From the NCBI RefSeq assembly GCF_009914755.1, contig NC_060945.1: DNA of 64,000 nt; one strand, 5' to 3'. A program made the translations under genes and the position numbers. Source of the stretch: the human T2T-CHM13v2.0 reference genome, Homo sapiens. The notes beneath the pieces are model-generated. The model saw only the letters and a program-made list of their open reading frames with translations, had not been told where the DNA came from and did not search any database. Positions 40,750-54,619 of the stretch are shown piece after piece; position 1 is the first letter of the stretch; every line of letters begins with the position of its first letter.

Positions 40750-43194
40750 TCTAGGGGTTTGGTTTAGTTGCCATATTTTCCTCTCCCCTACCCATTCTTC
40801 TCTTTGGATTTTAATTCTCTGTGTCCATTTTAACAGTCTTGTTTTAGGTTAATCTTTTACTATGACTTTCCAAGGTCCTTTTAGGAAGCAAGGGGAGTGT
40901 GACTGAAGGAAAAACTGACATTCAAAAAATCTCCTGAGAAATAGCACCCTGCTTGGAACAAAATCCTCTGTGAACACTATTTTGGGAACAGTGACCAAAC
41001 AAGCCAGTCGTCTGCCACTTACACATCCAATCCTGCTTACTACCACTGCTTCCTGGAATCCTGTCCCAAGAAAGGGGCTAGGGGTGAGGAGAGTGGTTAC
41101 CCTGGAACATACCATTTCTATGAGAAATCTTAAAAGAAAAAAAAAAATGAAGACAACAAACCTGTAACTTGATGCCAGCCTGAAATCCTCTTCACTAATC
41201 ATAAGTCAGAGAAAGTGAAATTATTTCCATCACACTCATACAGCATGTTCTCTGGGGTTTGCAGGAACAGAAGAGACAATGTGGAGAAAATGCATCGTCT
41301 GTGGTTCTGAAATCAAAGCCTAATTAGTCAGAAGACAAATCCCATGGGCTTCAGTACTAAAACCTATGTTTCAACCATGCCTATGTTGGGAAAGTCCTAA
41401 AAGTCAAAGAATGATAAGGCAACTTTAGTGGAGAACATCTTTGTTTACATTACAGGACTCACATGTAAACTTTGAAAGCATGCAATCAAGTGAACAAAAT
41501 ATTTTAATTGGCCTTTAAAATATTATTATAAGAGCAAGACCAACTTGTTTAAAGTATTGCCTGGCTGGTCTCTGGTTTTGGCAGCTCATTATACTGTCTT
41601 AATGCCGTAAGATTTATTAATGGTCACATGCATTTCTCTGAAAAGCATTCCACATTTTATCCAATTCTGGGTAAAGGTTATTTATACCTTAGAATGCTCT
41701 TAATTGCTTCACATTAAAGAAAAATATGGAATAAGTTATAAGTATTGCCTCATTTAATGTATTTTCAAATTATAGCGTTTTGGCAAGTTTTGCTCATTGA
41801 CTTCTTTAAGCTTGGGATATCTTTTATCCCTTTTACATTCTCTCAAAATTTTCCTTATCACTCAAAAGCTAATTCAGATACCAATTCCTCCATTAATCTG
41901 TTCCTGACTCCCACATCAGCATTAACCAAATGTGCTTCTCTGCTCCCAACCATATTGCTTCTGTATTCACTAGGCATATGTAACAATCATTTTGCTCTAC
42001 ATTATATTTGTCTCTGTCTTTCTTCTTTAATTAAAGTAATTAAAGTACCTTCAGTGGGAAAGACAGCATGTTATTCATTTTGCATCTGAGGAAACTGATA
42101 GGGTGTCTGGAATTAGCATCCAATAACGATTGATTAAATTACATGTAATCATATGAGTTTTATCAAATAAAAATTGCTTCAAGTTTGTTCTTTTGGTTTG
42201 TTTGAAGCGGTTTGCTCATTTTAATAATTACATGAGACCCAAGCCTCAATCTCTTAGAACAGGTAGCTCTAGTGCCTCTCCTGCTCTAGACTTAATTTTG
42301 TTTCCATTGGTGCCAGGATATGAACAAAACATTTTCTGATGCAAATATAGTCTCAGATTGGGACCACACCAAATACCACAGTCCAAGTAGGTGAATAATG
42401 CACTGAATATTTGGCCTGGTTTGGCTGATTGCAGGCAAGCTAGCTAATAATTAATTAAAGTAGGATCTTCTGTATTTACTTCATTTCAAAACTCCTTGAC
42501 ACTCTCTCACTCGGCAACTCTCATTATCAACTAATGACATTTAAACACCTAATACATACTAGGCATCTTTAACAACTAGAAATACAGAGCTCAGTAAAGA
42601 CACAGAACTGACTTCATATGAACAAATGTAGAAACATATTAATAGAAGATTCTCTCTTTTAATATCTAAAAGATTGAAAAGATTGTTTAACAGAAAATAT
42701 TGACCTAGAATGTGACTTGAGCAGGCAAGTAGTTTGTTTCCAAGAGAAACAGGTACTCTCCTAGTAATTGCATTTTAAATATACACGATGTGCCACTGAG
42801 ATCCCATAAATAATGCAGACCAAGGTCTCTAGCCATGCATGGGAAGAGACTTGCAAAGATTAATTCAAAGACAAGGATCATCTCTGGGAAAATCCCAGCT
42901 GCAATGCTCTACTGGTATTCTGCATCAGATTCTCCATGGTTTCTACCTGAAAGCCAGAACCTCACCAATCTAGTTTGATTTTGTTTTCTTATGGCCTGAT
43001 ACTTGATGTCCTGTAGCAGGAAAACTGCTCCCAAGCTGCAATCTGTGGCTTGAATTCTGCTTGCAAATATCAAGAATGGTACAAGTCTTTCTGAAGCTGT
43101 GAGTTTATTTTCACAAAGGAGGAAATAAGCCACAATGTAAGAATAGATCCCAAGTTTTCCTTATCATTTGCAATTCTTACACCTGCAACACTGG

Positions 43195-43360
43195 CTGGAA
43201 ACCCAGAGACATGGGTTTTGGTTCTGTTTAGGCTTTTCACAAGTTGTATGAGCTTGGGCAAACTACTTAACTTCTCAAACCCAGTTATCTTATCTTCAAA
43301 ATAAAAGAGATTGACAAGGTTATCTCTAAGATACACTCCAAATCTGGAGGCCTATGACTA
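43195..43360 (+). mobile_element. MIR
   Basis: CTTGGGCAAACTACTTAACTTCTC core. Confidence 0.6.
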
Positions 43361-43474
43361 TTTGGTTTTTAAGTTCAGCTGTCTCACGTTTCTCCTGGAA
43401 CATATTGTCAGGATATCTGGAGAATCAAGCATACCTACTAAAAACTGTTACCAATATTAAGACATGCCCATAAA

Positions 43475-43773
43475 AGCCCGGTGTGGTGGCTTCCACCTGT
43501 AATCCCAGCATTCTGGGGGCTAAGGTGGGAGGATCACTGAGGCCAGGAGTTCAAGACCAGGCTGGGCAACATGGTGAGACACTGTCTCCACAAAAAGTTT
43601 AAAAATTAGCCAGGTGTGGTGGCACATGCCTACAGTCCCAGTTACTCAAGAGGCTAAGGCAGGTGGATCACTTGAGCCCAGGAGTTCGAGGTTACAATGT
43701 GCTATGATCATGCCACTGTACTCCAGCCTGGGTGACAAAGCAAAACCCTGCTTCTAAAAAAAAAGAAAAAAGA
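43475..43773 (+). mobile_element. AluJ
   Basis: GGAGGATCACT and GAGCCCAGGAGTTCGAGGTTACA AluJ features; ATGCCCATA on both flanks. Confidence 0.9.
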
Positions 43774-44349
43774 AATGCCCATATACAGAACTATTCAGAC
43801 TTCCCTTGAAATATTGTAAATTAAATTAGCAAATTAAATTTCTTATTCCTTCTCTCTAGTGATATGATGATCTCATAAAAACCCTACCAAGGTCACTAAG
43901 AGTAGAAATATTTTCCTATTTCAAATCTATTTTTGAATACGTAAGTATTATTTCTTTTGAATCTACATTATGTATTCCTGAGTAGTATGTAGCAATTAAA
44001 AGATGAGCATCTTTGTAATATTTATTTAATTTTGAAAAGATTATCTCTTCAACTTATCTTCAAGATGCATCTAAATTTAGATCCATCTTGTTTTTAATAA
44101 TTTCATGAGGAAAACCTGGCAGAAAAGAACCCTATAAGTGGAAACTAATACATTCCAGAAAGAAAGGACTTTCCTTCAAAATGGAAAAATTTACAGTATA
44201 AGGAAGGAGGCCCTTCAGGCAAAACACATCTCAAATTCCTTTTATTCGGTTTTCATTTAATATTTTGCATACTTGAAGAAATGAAAGTAACATTAGAGAT
44301 AATCTTATGCCACCCTCTTATTTTGGAGGTTAGGAAAATCAAAGCCATG

Positions 44350-45200
44350 ATTTATGGCTGGAGCAAATGGGTGACTGATATTGGCATTTACTGAAATTGA
44401 AAGCTCTAGAGATGATCATTTACTGAAATTGAGAGCTCTAGAAATGATGTATAGGTGAGGAGGCAGACAGAGTGAAGGAAGAGGAGAAATGATGAGTCAA
44501 GAGTTTGAACTTGTTGAGACTGAGATGCCTGCAGAACATTCAGGAAAACAAAGTCCAGAAAAGAAATGGATATACAGGTCTTGAGCTGAGGAGAATTTAA
44601 AACGTGTGTGTGTGTGTACATAAAATATTGAAATATACACACATGTGTAAAAGTATCACTATGTAAATCGTAAGCTTTAGCCATAGCCATGAATGATAGA
44701 TTGATAGAAAGAATGTAAAGGAGACAAAGGGAGAACTATCCAAGTGTCAGAAGAAAAACCCAGAATGAGGCTCCATGGAAGTCAAAAAATAATGCTTTTT
44801 TTCCCCCAACAATGTCAAATTCTTCTGAGAAGTTCAACAAGAAAGACAGTAAAAGGTACCTGAATTTAAGGTCCTAAAAGGTCATTGTTGACAATAACAT
44901 GAGTTGTTTCAGTGGAGTGATGGGTACTGAAGCCAGATTATAAAAGATTAAATAAATGGTGAGTGAGAGAGAAGAAAATGGAGACTAAGTGTACACAACC
45001 CTTTCAAGTTGTTATTTAAGAGAAAATAAATTAGAGAGCAAAGTGAAGTAAATGGAGGATTTTATTAAGATGGGCGTGACTGTTAAAATGCCATTGGAAA
45101 GGATTCAGTAGAGTGGTGGAAATTGGAGAGGTGAGGGTAAAAAAAAAAGAGGGAAGACAAAATATGCAATGGCCTTTAACAGAAATTGGCAGAAAAGGAT
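44350..45200 (-). mobile_element. L2 fragment with a 32-bp tandem duplication (44385-44448)
   Basis: Degraded L2 antisense body (GTTTCAGTGGAGTGATGGG...AAGCCAGATT). Confidence 0.6.
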
Positions 45201-45654
45201 CCTGCAGAGGAGTTATAGGTTTTAACCCCTTAAGTTCTTAAAGGGAATGGGTCCCTTTTTAATTCAAGGAATGGGGAGAAAAGTCTAGCAGACAGGCAGC
45301 GTCAAGAAGAATTTGTAGACTTCTGGGAGTTTCAATGGCAATGCCTCAAGCCTGGGAACAGGGTAAGCAGCCCTAATTAGGATTTCTTCTCAAAACTTGA
45401 AGCATGAAGAAAACATGAAAGAATCTCTTGTGCCTTCTATAGGCAACCCAGCTGAAGTCAAGACATCTTTTAACATTAAGAGTGGATGCCACAGAGCCAG
45501 TGGCTTATCTGCCTGATGAATCAGTTGCACCAGCCCAGAATGAGGTGCAATTCAAAAAATTCTTGCCCCACTAGTAGGCTGCTGTGTATAATCCTATTCT
45601 GAGAGAGGCCCACGCAAGTGTGGTGAGAGTAGGAGAAAGGCTGTGGACTGTGGT

Positions 45655-46204
45655 TGTATTAGTCATGGGTCTCTAGAGGAACAGGACTAATAGCATAGAT
45701 GTATATATGAAGGGGAGTTTATTAAGGAGTATTGACTCACACGATCACAAGGTGAAGTCCCACAATGGGCCATCTGCAAGCTGAGGAGAAGGAAGCCAGT
45801 CTGAGTCCCAAAACCTCAAAAGTAGGGAAGCCGACAGTGCAGCCTTCAGTCTGTGGCTAAAGGCCTGAGAGTCCCTGGCAAACCACTGGTGTAAGTCCAA
45901 GAGTCCAAAAGCTGAAGAACTTGGAGTCCAATGTTCAAGGGCAGGAAGCATCCAGCACGGGAGAAGGATGAAGGCTGGAAGACTCAGGCAATCTAGTCCT
46001 TCCACGTTCTTCTGCCTGCTTTTATCCTAGCTGCTCTGGCAGCTGATTAGATGGTACCCTCCCAGATTGAGGGTGGGCCTGCCTCTCCCAGGCCACTGAC
46101 TCAAAAGTTAATCTCCTTTGGCAACACCCTCACAGACACACCCAGAACAATACTTTATTCATTCTTCAATCCAATCAAGTTGACACTCAATATTAACCAT
46201 CACA
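45655..46204 (-). mobile_element. MLT2A2-like (HERV-L) solo LTR
   Basis: TGTATTAGTC...AAGTTGACACTCAATATTAACCATCACA; perfect TSD GTGGT (45650-45654 / 46205-46209). Confidence 0.9.
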
Positions 46205-46274
46205 GTGGTTATTCTATGTATTATTGAACATGTTTTTCACTAAAATGTGTTCATTCAGTTTTCCTTAAGCATTA

Positions 46275-46815
46275 AGTAATCCATTAGAATGTTTTTGATG
46301 CAAGTCACAGACTATCCAATTTGAAGTAGTTCAAACACTAAGAAGGCTTATGATATGGCAATGAAGCAGCAAAGCAATATCATCAAGAACCCTTGTGCCT
46401 TCTCTATTTCAGTTTTGTCATCTTTAGAATGTCATGTGACCTCTTTACAGTCCAAACATGGTATTGGCAGCATCAGCCAACAACTGCAGACACAAAAATA
46501 CCCAGCAAAGAGAAGGTGAATTTCTTCCTGTATCTCAATTGCTATTAGCAAGGAAGTTTCCAGAAGCTCCCAAAATTGACTTCTCCTCAGGTCTTATTGG
46601 CTAGATGTAGTCACATGCCCATCCCTAAATCAATGTCTACAAAGGAAATGAGTCCACCATGATTGCCTTAGCCCAAACATAATTCACTCTCTGGGGTCCA
46701 GAGAGGTTGTCACTTACCCTGAACTCATGACAAGGTGACACCAGGATGAAATCAAGTCTCTGCCCTCAAGGAAAAGGGGATGAAATGGCTTAGGATAGAC
46801 CAGCAACTGTCACAG
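46275..46815 (-). mobile_element. Old MLT1 (J/K/L-like) LTR
   Basis: GACTTCTCCTCAGGTCTTATTGGCTAGA...GTCACATGCCCATCCCTAAATCAAT motif block. Confidence 0.6.
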
Positions 46816-47187
46816 CAGAATTAAAGAACACGTTTGGCAAGAGGAGGAGATCTGGTCACAAATGAAGGACCTTTGTTGTTAGAATAAAAAACATTCTTGT
46901 CCTCCAAAAGATTAAAGATAAGGTCATCAAACAGTGTTTGATTTCAGAGATATCTTCAAAGCCTAGCTAGTGAATTCATTTATTTATTAAACAAAGTTAA
47001 TGGGATATTTGTATCTATGAGACATCAATAAAGTTCTAAAGAAAATTTCCTAAATTTAAATAACAGATTTACTTATAAGCAAGTCTTCCAAAATCCCATG
47101 AGAACCTTTACTTTAAAAAATAAATGTTTACCCTTGAAAACATTCTCAGTAGTAGAAAAGAATTGTCATAAATTTTTTGGTGTTACA

Positions 47188-47262
47188 TTTTTAATTGACA
47201 AATATACATATTTATGGTGGACAACATGATGTTGTGAAATTTGTATACAATGAGAAATGGCT
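47188..47262 (-). mobile_element. L1MA terminal 3' fragment
   Basis: Reverse complement reads AGCCATTTCTCATTGTATACA...CATCATGTTGTCCACCATAAATATG...GTCAATTAAAAA. Confidence 0.7.
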
Positions 47263-48150
47263 CAGCTTTTATATAACCACACTCACCTCTTTACCCCACC
47301 CATTTGTACACTCCCAGCAACTATTAGGCTATCCTCCAATTCTAAAATTTTGTCAAAATGTTATATAAGTGGGATCATACAGTATTTAACCTTTAGGGGT
47401 TGGCTTTTTTCTATCAGCCTAATTCCCTGGAGATTCATCCAAGTTGTCGAATGTATGAGTCTTCCATTTCTTTTTATTGCTGGGTAGTATTCCATGGTAT
47501 GGATGTGTCATGGTTTAACTATTCGTTTGCTGAAGGCAAACCAAGCTTTTATACACATTCATCAACATGTTTTTATATGAACATGTTTCAATATATCTGC
47601 AACCAATGTCCAAAAGTGCAACTGCTGGGTCCTATGGCAATTGCAGGTTAGTTTTATAAGTAAGAGACTACGAAACTTCTTCAGAGTGGTTGTCCCATTT
47701 TATATTCCCACCAGCTATGTAGAAGTGGTCAAGGTTCTCTGCATCCTTGCCAGCATTAGGTTTCATTACCATATTTTAGCCATCCAGATAGGTATGTGCT
47801 AGTATCTCACTGTAGTTTCTAGTTGCATTTTCCCAGTGGCTAACAATGAATATCTTTTCACGTGCTTTTTGCCGTCTTATATCTTCTTCATTGAAGTGTT
47901 TATTCATGCCTTTTGCCCTTTACTAATTAAATTTTTTACCTGACTTTTTTCTTCATATATTGGGGGTTTAGTTGATTTTTTATATATACTAGAAACAAGC
48001 CTTTGCTGGATATGTGGTTTGCAAATATTTTCTCCCAGTCTATATATTATATTTCCATCCTTTTCACATGGGCTTTCACAGAGCTAGAGTTTTTAATTTT
48101 TATGAGATCCAACTTAATCGATTTTTCCTCTTACGCATCACGTTTTGGTA
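47263..48150 (-). mobile_element. L1MB/L1MC fragment
   Basis: Antisense ORF2 end and 3'UTR (TAGTATTCCATGGTATGGATG; CATTTTATATTCCCACCAGC; TTTGCAAATATTTTCTCCCAGTCT). Confidence 0.8.
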
Positions 48151-48221
48151 TCCAGATCAACCCAAAGGGAAGCCATAGGACAAGGAGACTTGAAGCTAGA
48201 CATTAAAATTAGCCTCCTTAA

Positions 48222-48810
48222 CTCCTTAAAAAACTAAACATAGAACTACATATGATCCAGCAATCCCACTTCTGGATAGATGTTCAAAGGAATGGAAATC
48301 AGTATGTTAAAGAGATAGCTTCCACTCCCACATTCATTGCAACATTATTTACAATAGCCAAGAGGTGGAAGTAAACTAAGTGTTCATCAATGGATGGATG
48401 GATGGATAAAGAAAATGTGGTATATATACACAATGGAATACTATTCAGCCTTTAAAAATAAGGAAATTCTGTCATTTGTGAGAACACAGATGAATGTGGA
48501 GGATATCATGAGGAGTGAAATAAGCCAGGAATAGAAAGAGTAATACTGTATGATCTCACTTACATGAGGGATTTTAAAAAGTCAAATTGTTAGAAATAGA
48601 GAGTAGAATGATGGTTGCCAGAGGTTGGGAGGAGGGTGTTGGAGAGGTGTTGATCAAAGGGTATAAAGCTTCAGTTAGGCAGAAGGAATAAGGCTTTTAG
48701 ATCTATTGAGCAGCAGGGTGAGTACAGTTAATAAAAAGGTATTGCATATTTCAAAGTTGCTAAGAGTACATTTCAAACATCTTACCACAAACATATAATG
48801 GGTAAGTGAG
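48222..48810 (+). mobile_element. L1MA fragment lacking its last ~100 nt
   Basis: ATATGATCCAGCAATCCCACTTCTGG...CACAATGGAATACTATTCAGCC...TTTCAAAGTTGCTAAGAG; stops at GTAAGTGAG. Confidence 0.85.
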
Positions 48811-49345
48811 ATCTTCTGTCTCCTTGGGTCACTTTCTCCTGCCATGTTTCCCAGAAACTTTCTCTCTAGATCTTTTCTATCATCTCTCTTCTTCCAGTTC
48901 TCAACTTCTCAAGCACCAAAGGACAATTCCAAGGTGTCTATTTCTTTACAAGATGCAGGAATTTAACTCCAAATACTCACCTGAGACTTAGCTCCTGGCC
49001 TCCTCTTTCAGTATGCAAAAAGAGTTTATTGTAAGAATTTTCTTGTTTTTAAAAAAAAGCCATCTACACCTGAGATTAATGCTGCTGTTTCCTGAGCATT
49101 TCTTTTGTTGCTACATTATTTTTTATTAGACATATAACTCCCTCTGCCAACCCATCATCTGTGTCACTTTAAACAAAAAAAACCCCACAAACTGAAACCT
49201 CCCATAGCAGGAAGAGTCTCATTGACCAACAAAGACTGGATTCCCATTGCAAACACTATAACTCAGGTCCATGAGCTATGAGCTTATGAGTAGCTAATGA
49301 GACATCACTGGGTTCTGCTTGGGTGACTTTAGAAGACTGACCTAG

Positions 49346-49777
<432 letters not shown>

Positions 49778-50601
49778 AGACAACTTTTAAAGTTCATTCT
49801 AACCTTGAGATTCAAAGGGACCACCATAATAGTGAACTAAAGCTTTGCTCACTAAAGTAGTCAGACCCAATGTCTATGAAATAAAGTTGTTCAAATCCAA
49901 GTCCCAACGCCCTAGACGTCATGGGAGACTTAAGAATTCCTTTAAGCAGCCATTACAGTTCTTCTGCACTTCTATTTTATTTCAACCCCCCCTCCTGGTG
50001 GCCTCTATCTTCCCCTGCTGCTCTGGCTCTTGACCACCACCCCTCCTTGGTGACTATGATGTCACTGCTCAGGGACATCACTCATTTATCACCATAGCTC
50101 CCAGATAGGCTACACTTATCCTGCAGTGAAGACTTTTCATTGAGACAGGAAGAGTTCTCTCATCATCTTTATAGATATTAAGAGTTTCCCAAAAGCATTT
50201 TCCTTTCTCTCTCTGGTTCCTAAATAACTTCTACAAATATGGCTTTATTATCTTCATTTTTCAGGTTTTTTTCAAAGCCTCTATCTCAAGTTGCTTAGAG
50301 TACATGCACCCAGGGCCAGGACAGCAGATATGAAAGAGGCAACTCATAAAATCAAATCTAAAAGCACTCTTTTATTATTTGACTTCTTCCTGCAGGTGAA
50401 TTACCTATCAACTCAAAGTACTCCCTGAAAATTAGAAGATAGCTTTGTATGCTTCTGTTCTATATCAACTTTAGAGGCTTTCAACCTGTTCATCCATCTC
50501 TATCATTCTTATTACTTCTCCCAGAAGGATCATTGAGTAATTGGGCAAATGAGACATATAGCTACCCATGACGCCATGCCAGAGTTCCCAATGCATGTTC
50601 C

Positions 50602-51176
50602 TGTGTTCAGAGCTCCCCAAGATCACCCTCAGGCTCAATAATCTTGAAGGATTCACAGAACTTCAGAAAACTGTGATACTCACAGTTACAGTAATACTAC
50701 AGTGAAAGGAATCAGATTAAAATCAGCAATGGTAAAAGGTACATAGAGCAAATTTTAAGAGAAACCAGATACAAGTTTCCAGTTGTCCTCTCACAGTGAA
50801 TTTGTGTGAACAGCTTAATTCTCCCAGCAGCAATGTGGAACAACATGCACAGAGTATTACCAACCAGGGAAGCTCACCTAAGCCTTTAGGCCAGAGTTTA
50901 TATTGGGAGTCATTTATATGGGTATAGTTATCCACCCACATGGCTGATCTTCAGTCTCCAGTCCCTCTAGTGGTCACATTGATACTGTCTGGCCCAATGT
51001 CAGACATAATGGAATTATTTGCATAGATTTTCTGGCCCCAAGGCTTCTAGGTAAACAGACACTGTTATCAGGGAGGATATTCTAAGGGCTTAGAGGTTAC
51101 CTCCAGAGTAAGGGTCATCCTTTCTTTGGATTGTGCAGGATGTGAACAATCTGCTGAGCTGATCCTTTACTATACA
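50602..51176 (-). mobile_element. MER77/MER21-family ERVL LTR
   Basis: CAGATTAAAATCAGCAATGG...CCAACCAGGGAAGCTCACCTAAGCC...GCTTAGAGGTTACCTCC. Confidence 0.7.
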
Positions 51177-51844
51177 GTTTCATTGGGGCCACCTATAATT
51201 CTTAACTTAAAAAACTATTTCATTCAAGATGCAAAAATTGCTTAATCATCAACATAAGCATGAATCACATTCTAGCCATTCTCCCCTTTAACTTTTCAAA
51301 ACTGAATAGTCTTAATCTTTGCAGTGTGTTCCCAAGTGACAGTGACTTTATTCCTTTGGTCATTTCCCTTCTTTATTTTAATTATTTTAGTTGACACATA
51401 CAGAACAGAACTGCATCCAGCAGTCAAGGTTCACCTAATACTATAATATACACATAATATTAGGAAAATATATTGTGCCCAAAATGTTTCTGTTTATATC
51501 TCAACATTTATAGGCACTCTAGGCAAAAGGAATGGACCTATATCTTCAGGGAACAATCAAGGCTTAGGTTCCTCTCCTAGCTAAATGCAATAAATCCAGT
51601 ACATTCAATATACACATATAGTTCAGAAACGTTAACTATAAATGCATTACTTTGTGCCTTCACTAACCCACAAATTATACCTATTCAAAAGGAAAAACTT
51701 CTTCATGTCATAAAAGGAGACACGAATAATCAAAAAACCTTAAGTAATAACTATAACATATGTAATAGGGAAAAGTTTTAATATCCTTGATATATAAAGA
51801 ACCCATGAAAAGAAAACTGTTAAATGTTTAAATTTTTAAGTGGT

Positions 51845-52052
51845 CATGGGGATAAACGGAGAGTGATTGCTAATGAGTATGGGGTTTCTTTTTTGGGTGA
51901 TAAAAAATGTTGTAGAAATGATTGTGCTGATGGTTACACAACTCTGTGAATATAGTAAAAGCCATTGAATTGTACACTTTAAATTAGTGATTTGTATAGT
52001 ATTTGAATTATCTCAATAATTATACCTCAGTGGTTATATCTCAATAAAACTA
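51845..52052 (+). mobile_element. L1MB-type 3' end
   Basis: GCTAATGAGTATGGGGTTTCTTTTTGGGTGAT...CATTGAATTGTACACTTTAAA. Confidence 0.8.
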
Positions 52053-52330
52053 CTATTACTTTTTTAAATGGCCAATCTCTCTATAAATTAAATTAACAGT
52101 TGACCAGTATGTAAAATGTTTTTTCGCAAGTGCTGGTAACAGTGTAGAATAATGATCTCTTTCACACAGACATCCCTGATACAGGTTGAGTATCCCTTAT
52201 CCAAAATGCTTGGGAACAGAAGTATTTTGGATTTTGGATTTTTTTCAGATTTTGGAATATTTGCATATATATAATAAGCTATCTTGGGGATGGGACCCAA
52301 ATCTAAACACAAAATTTATTTGTTTCTTAA

Positions 52331-52654
<324 letters not shown>

Positions 52655-52748
52655 TAATATTTTTAGTATTTTTGTGCATAAAACAAAGTTTTGACTGCGA
52701 CCTGTCACATAAGGCCAGGTAAGAAATTATATACTTGTGGCATCGTAT

Positions 52749-54438
52749 TGAGAGGTGACAGTGTGCTGGCAGCCCTCGCTCGCTCTTGGCACCTCCTCGG
52801 CCTCGGCACCCACTCTGGCCATGCATGAGGAGCCCTTCGGCCCACTGCTGCACTATGGGAGCCCCTCTCTGGGCTAGCCGAGGCTGGAGCCAGCTCCCTC
52901 TGCTTGTGGGGAGGTGTAGAGGGAGCAGCGCGGGCAGAAATTGGGGCTGCATGCAGCACTCACGGGCCAGCACGAGTTCCGGGTAGGGATGGGCTTGGCG
53001 GGCCCTGCACTCGGAGCGGCCGGCCGGCACCACCAGCCCCGGGCAGTGAGGGGCTTAGCACCCAGGCCAGCAGCTGCAGAGGGTGCGCCAGGTCCCCCGG
53101 CAATGCCAGCCTGCCGGCGCTGAGCTCTAATTCTCACCGGGCCTCAGCTGCCTCCCTGCGGGGCAGGGCTCGGGAACTGTTGCCTGCCATGCCTGAGCCT
53201 CCCCCCACGGCGGTGGGCTCCTGTGTGGCCTGAGCCTCCCCGACGAGCGCCATCCCCCAGCTCCACAGCGCCTGGTCCCATCGACCACCCAAGAGCTGAA
53301 GAGTGCGGGCACACAGCGCGGGACTGGCAGGCAGCTCTGCCTGCGGCCCCGGTGTAGGATCCACTAGGTGAAGCCAGCTGGCCTCCTGAGTCTAGTGGGG
53401 ACTTGGAGAACCTTTATGTCTAGCTAAGGGATTGTAAATACACCAATCAGCACTCTGTGTCTAGCTCAAGGTTTGTAAACACACCAATCAGCACCCTGTG
53501 TCCAGCTCAAGGTTTGTAAATGCACCGATCAGCACCCTGTGTCTAGCTCAAGGTTTGTAAGTGCACCAATCAGTGCTCTGTGTCTAGCTAATCTAGTGGG
53601 GACTTGGAGAACTTTTGTGTCTAGCTCAGGGATTGTAAATACACCAATCAGCACTCTGTGTCTAGCTCAAGGTTTGTAAATGCACCAATCAGCACCCTGT
53701 GTCTAGCTCAAGGTTTGTAAATGCACCAATCAGCACCCTGTGTCTAGCTCAAGGTTTGTAAATGCACCAATCAGCACCCTGTGTCTAGCTCAAGGTTTGT
53801 AAATGCACCAATCAGTGCTCTGTGTCTAGCTAATCTAGTGGGGACTTAGAGAACTTTTGTGTCTAGCTCAGGGATTATAAACACACCAATCAGCACCCTG
53901 TCAAAACAGACCAATCAGCTCTCTGTAAAATGGACCAATCAGCAGGATGTGGGTAGGGCCAGATAAGGGAATAAAAGCAGGCTGCCAGAGCCAGGAGTGG
54001 CAACCCACTCAGATCCCCTTCCACAATGTGGAAGCTTTGTTCTTTCACTCTTTGCAATAAATCTTGCTGCTGCTCACTCTCTGGGTCTGCACTGCCTTAT
54101 GAGCTATAACACTCACCGCGAAGATCTGCGGCTTCACTCCTGAGGCCGGTGAGACCATGAACCCACTGGGAGAAATGAACAACTCCAGACAGGAGGAACG
54201 AACAACTCCAGATGCGCTGCCTTAAGAGCTGTAACAGTCACCACGAAGGTCTGCAGCTTCACTCCTGAAGCCAGCAAGACCACGAGCCTGCCAGAAGGAA
54301 GAAACTCCAAACACATCCAAACATCAGAAGGAACAAACTCCGGACACACCACCTTTAAGAACTGTAACACTCACCGCAAGGGTCCGCGGCTTCATTCTTG
54401 AAGTCAGTGAGACCAAGAACACACCAATTCCAGACACA
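52749..54438 (+). mobile_element. LTR12 (C/D-like, HERV9) solo LTR, full length ~1.69 kb
   Basis: TGAGAGGTGACAGTGTGCTGGCAGCCCTC start; GC-rich U3; 41-bp CCAAT repeats; ends AATTCCAGACACA; TSD GTAT / ATAT. Confidence 0.96.
53391..54000 (+). promoter_or_regulatory. LTR12 NF-Y enhancer array and core promoter
   Basis: 11 CCAAT plus 1 CCGAT; AGATAAG (53961); AATAAAAG TATA-like (53970); activity not shown. Confidence 0.65.
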
Positions 54439-54619
54439 ATATCATTACTCAAAAAGTTTCAGATTTTCTGATTTCAAATTTTTAAATCAGGGATGCTTAA
54501 CTTGTAATATAGTTTGGTACTTTTCAGGAAGACAATACAGCAATATGTATCAAACTTTAAAATTAGGCATGTTCCTTAACACAGCATTTTTACTGCTAGC
54601 ACTTACCCCATGATAAATT

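Noticed and set aside
44385-44448. 32-bp tandem duplication (similar small ones near 23373, 34535 and 52010)
   Set aside because: Ordinary slippage-type duplications with no further structure.
52749-53390. GC/CpG-rich island with overlapping ORFs
   Set aside because: It is the LTR12 U3 region, not a host-gene CpG-island promoter.
53391-53945. Regular ~41-bp repeats resembling a CRISPR array
   Set aside because: No unique spacers and no cas genes; this is the standard LTR12 U3 enhancer repeat.
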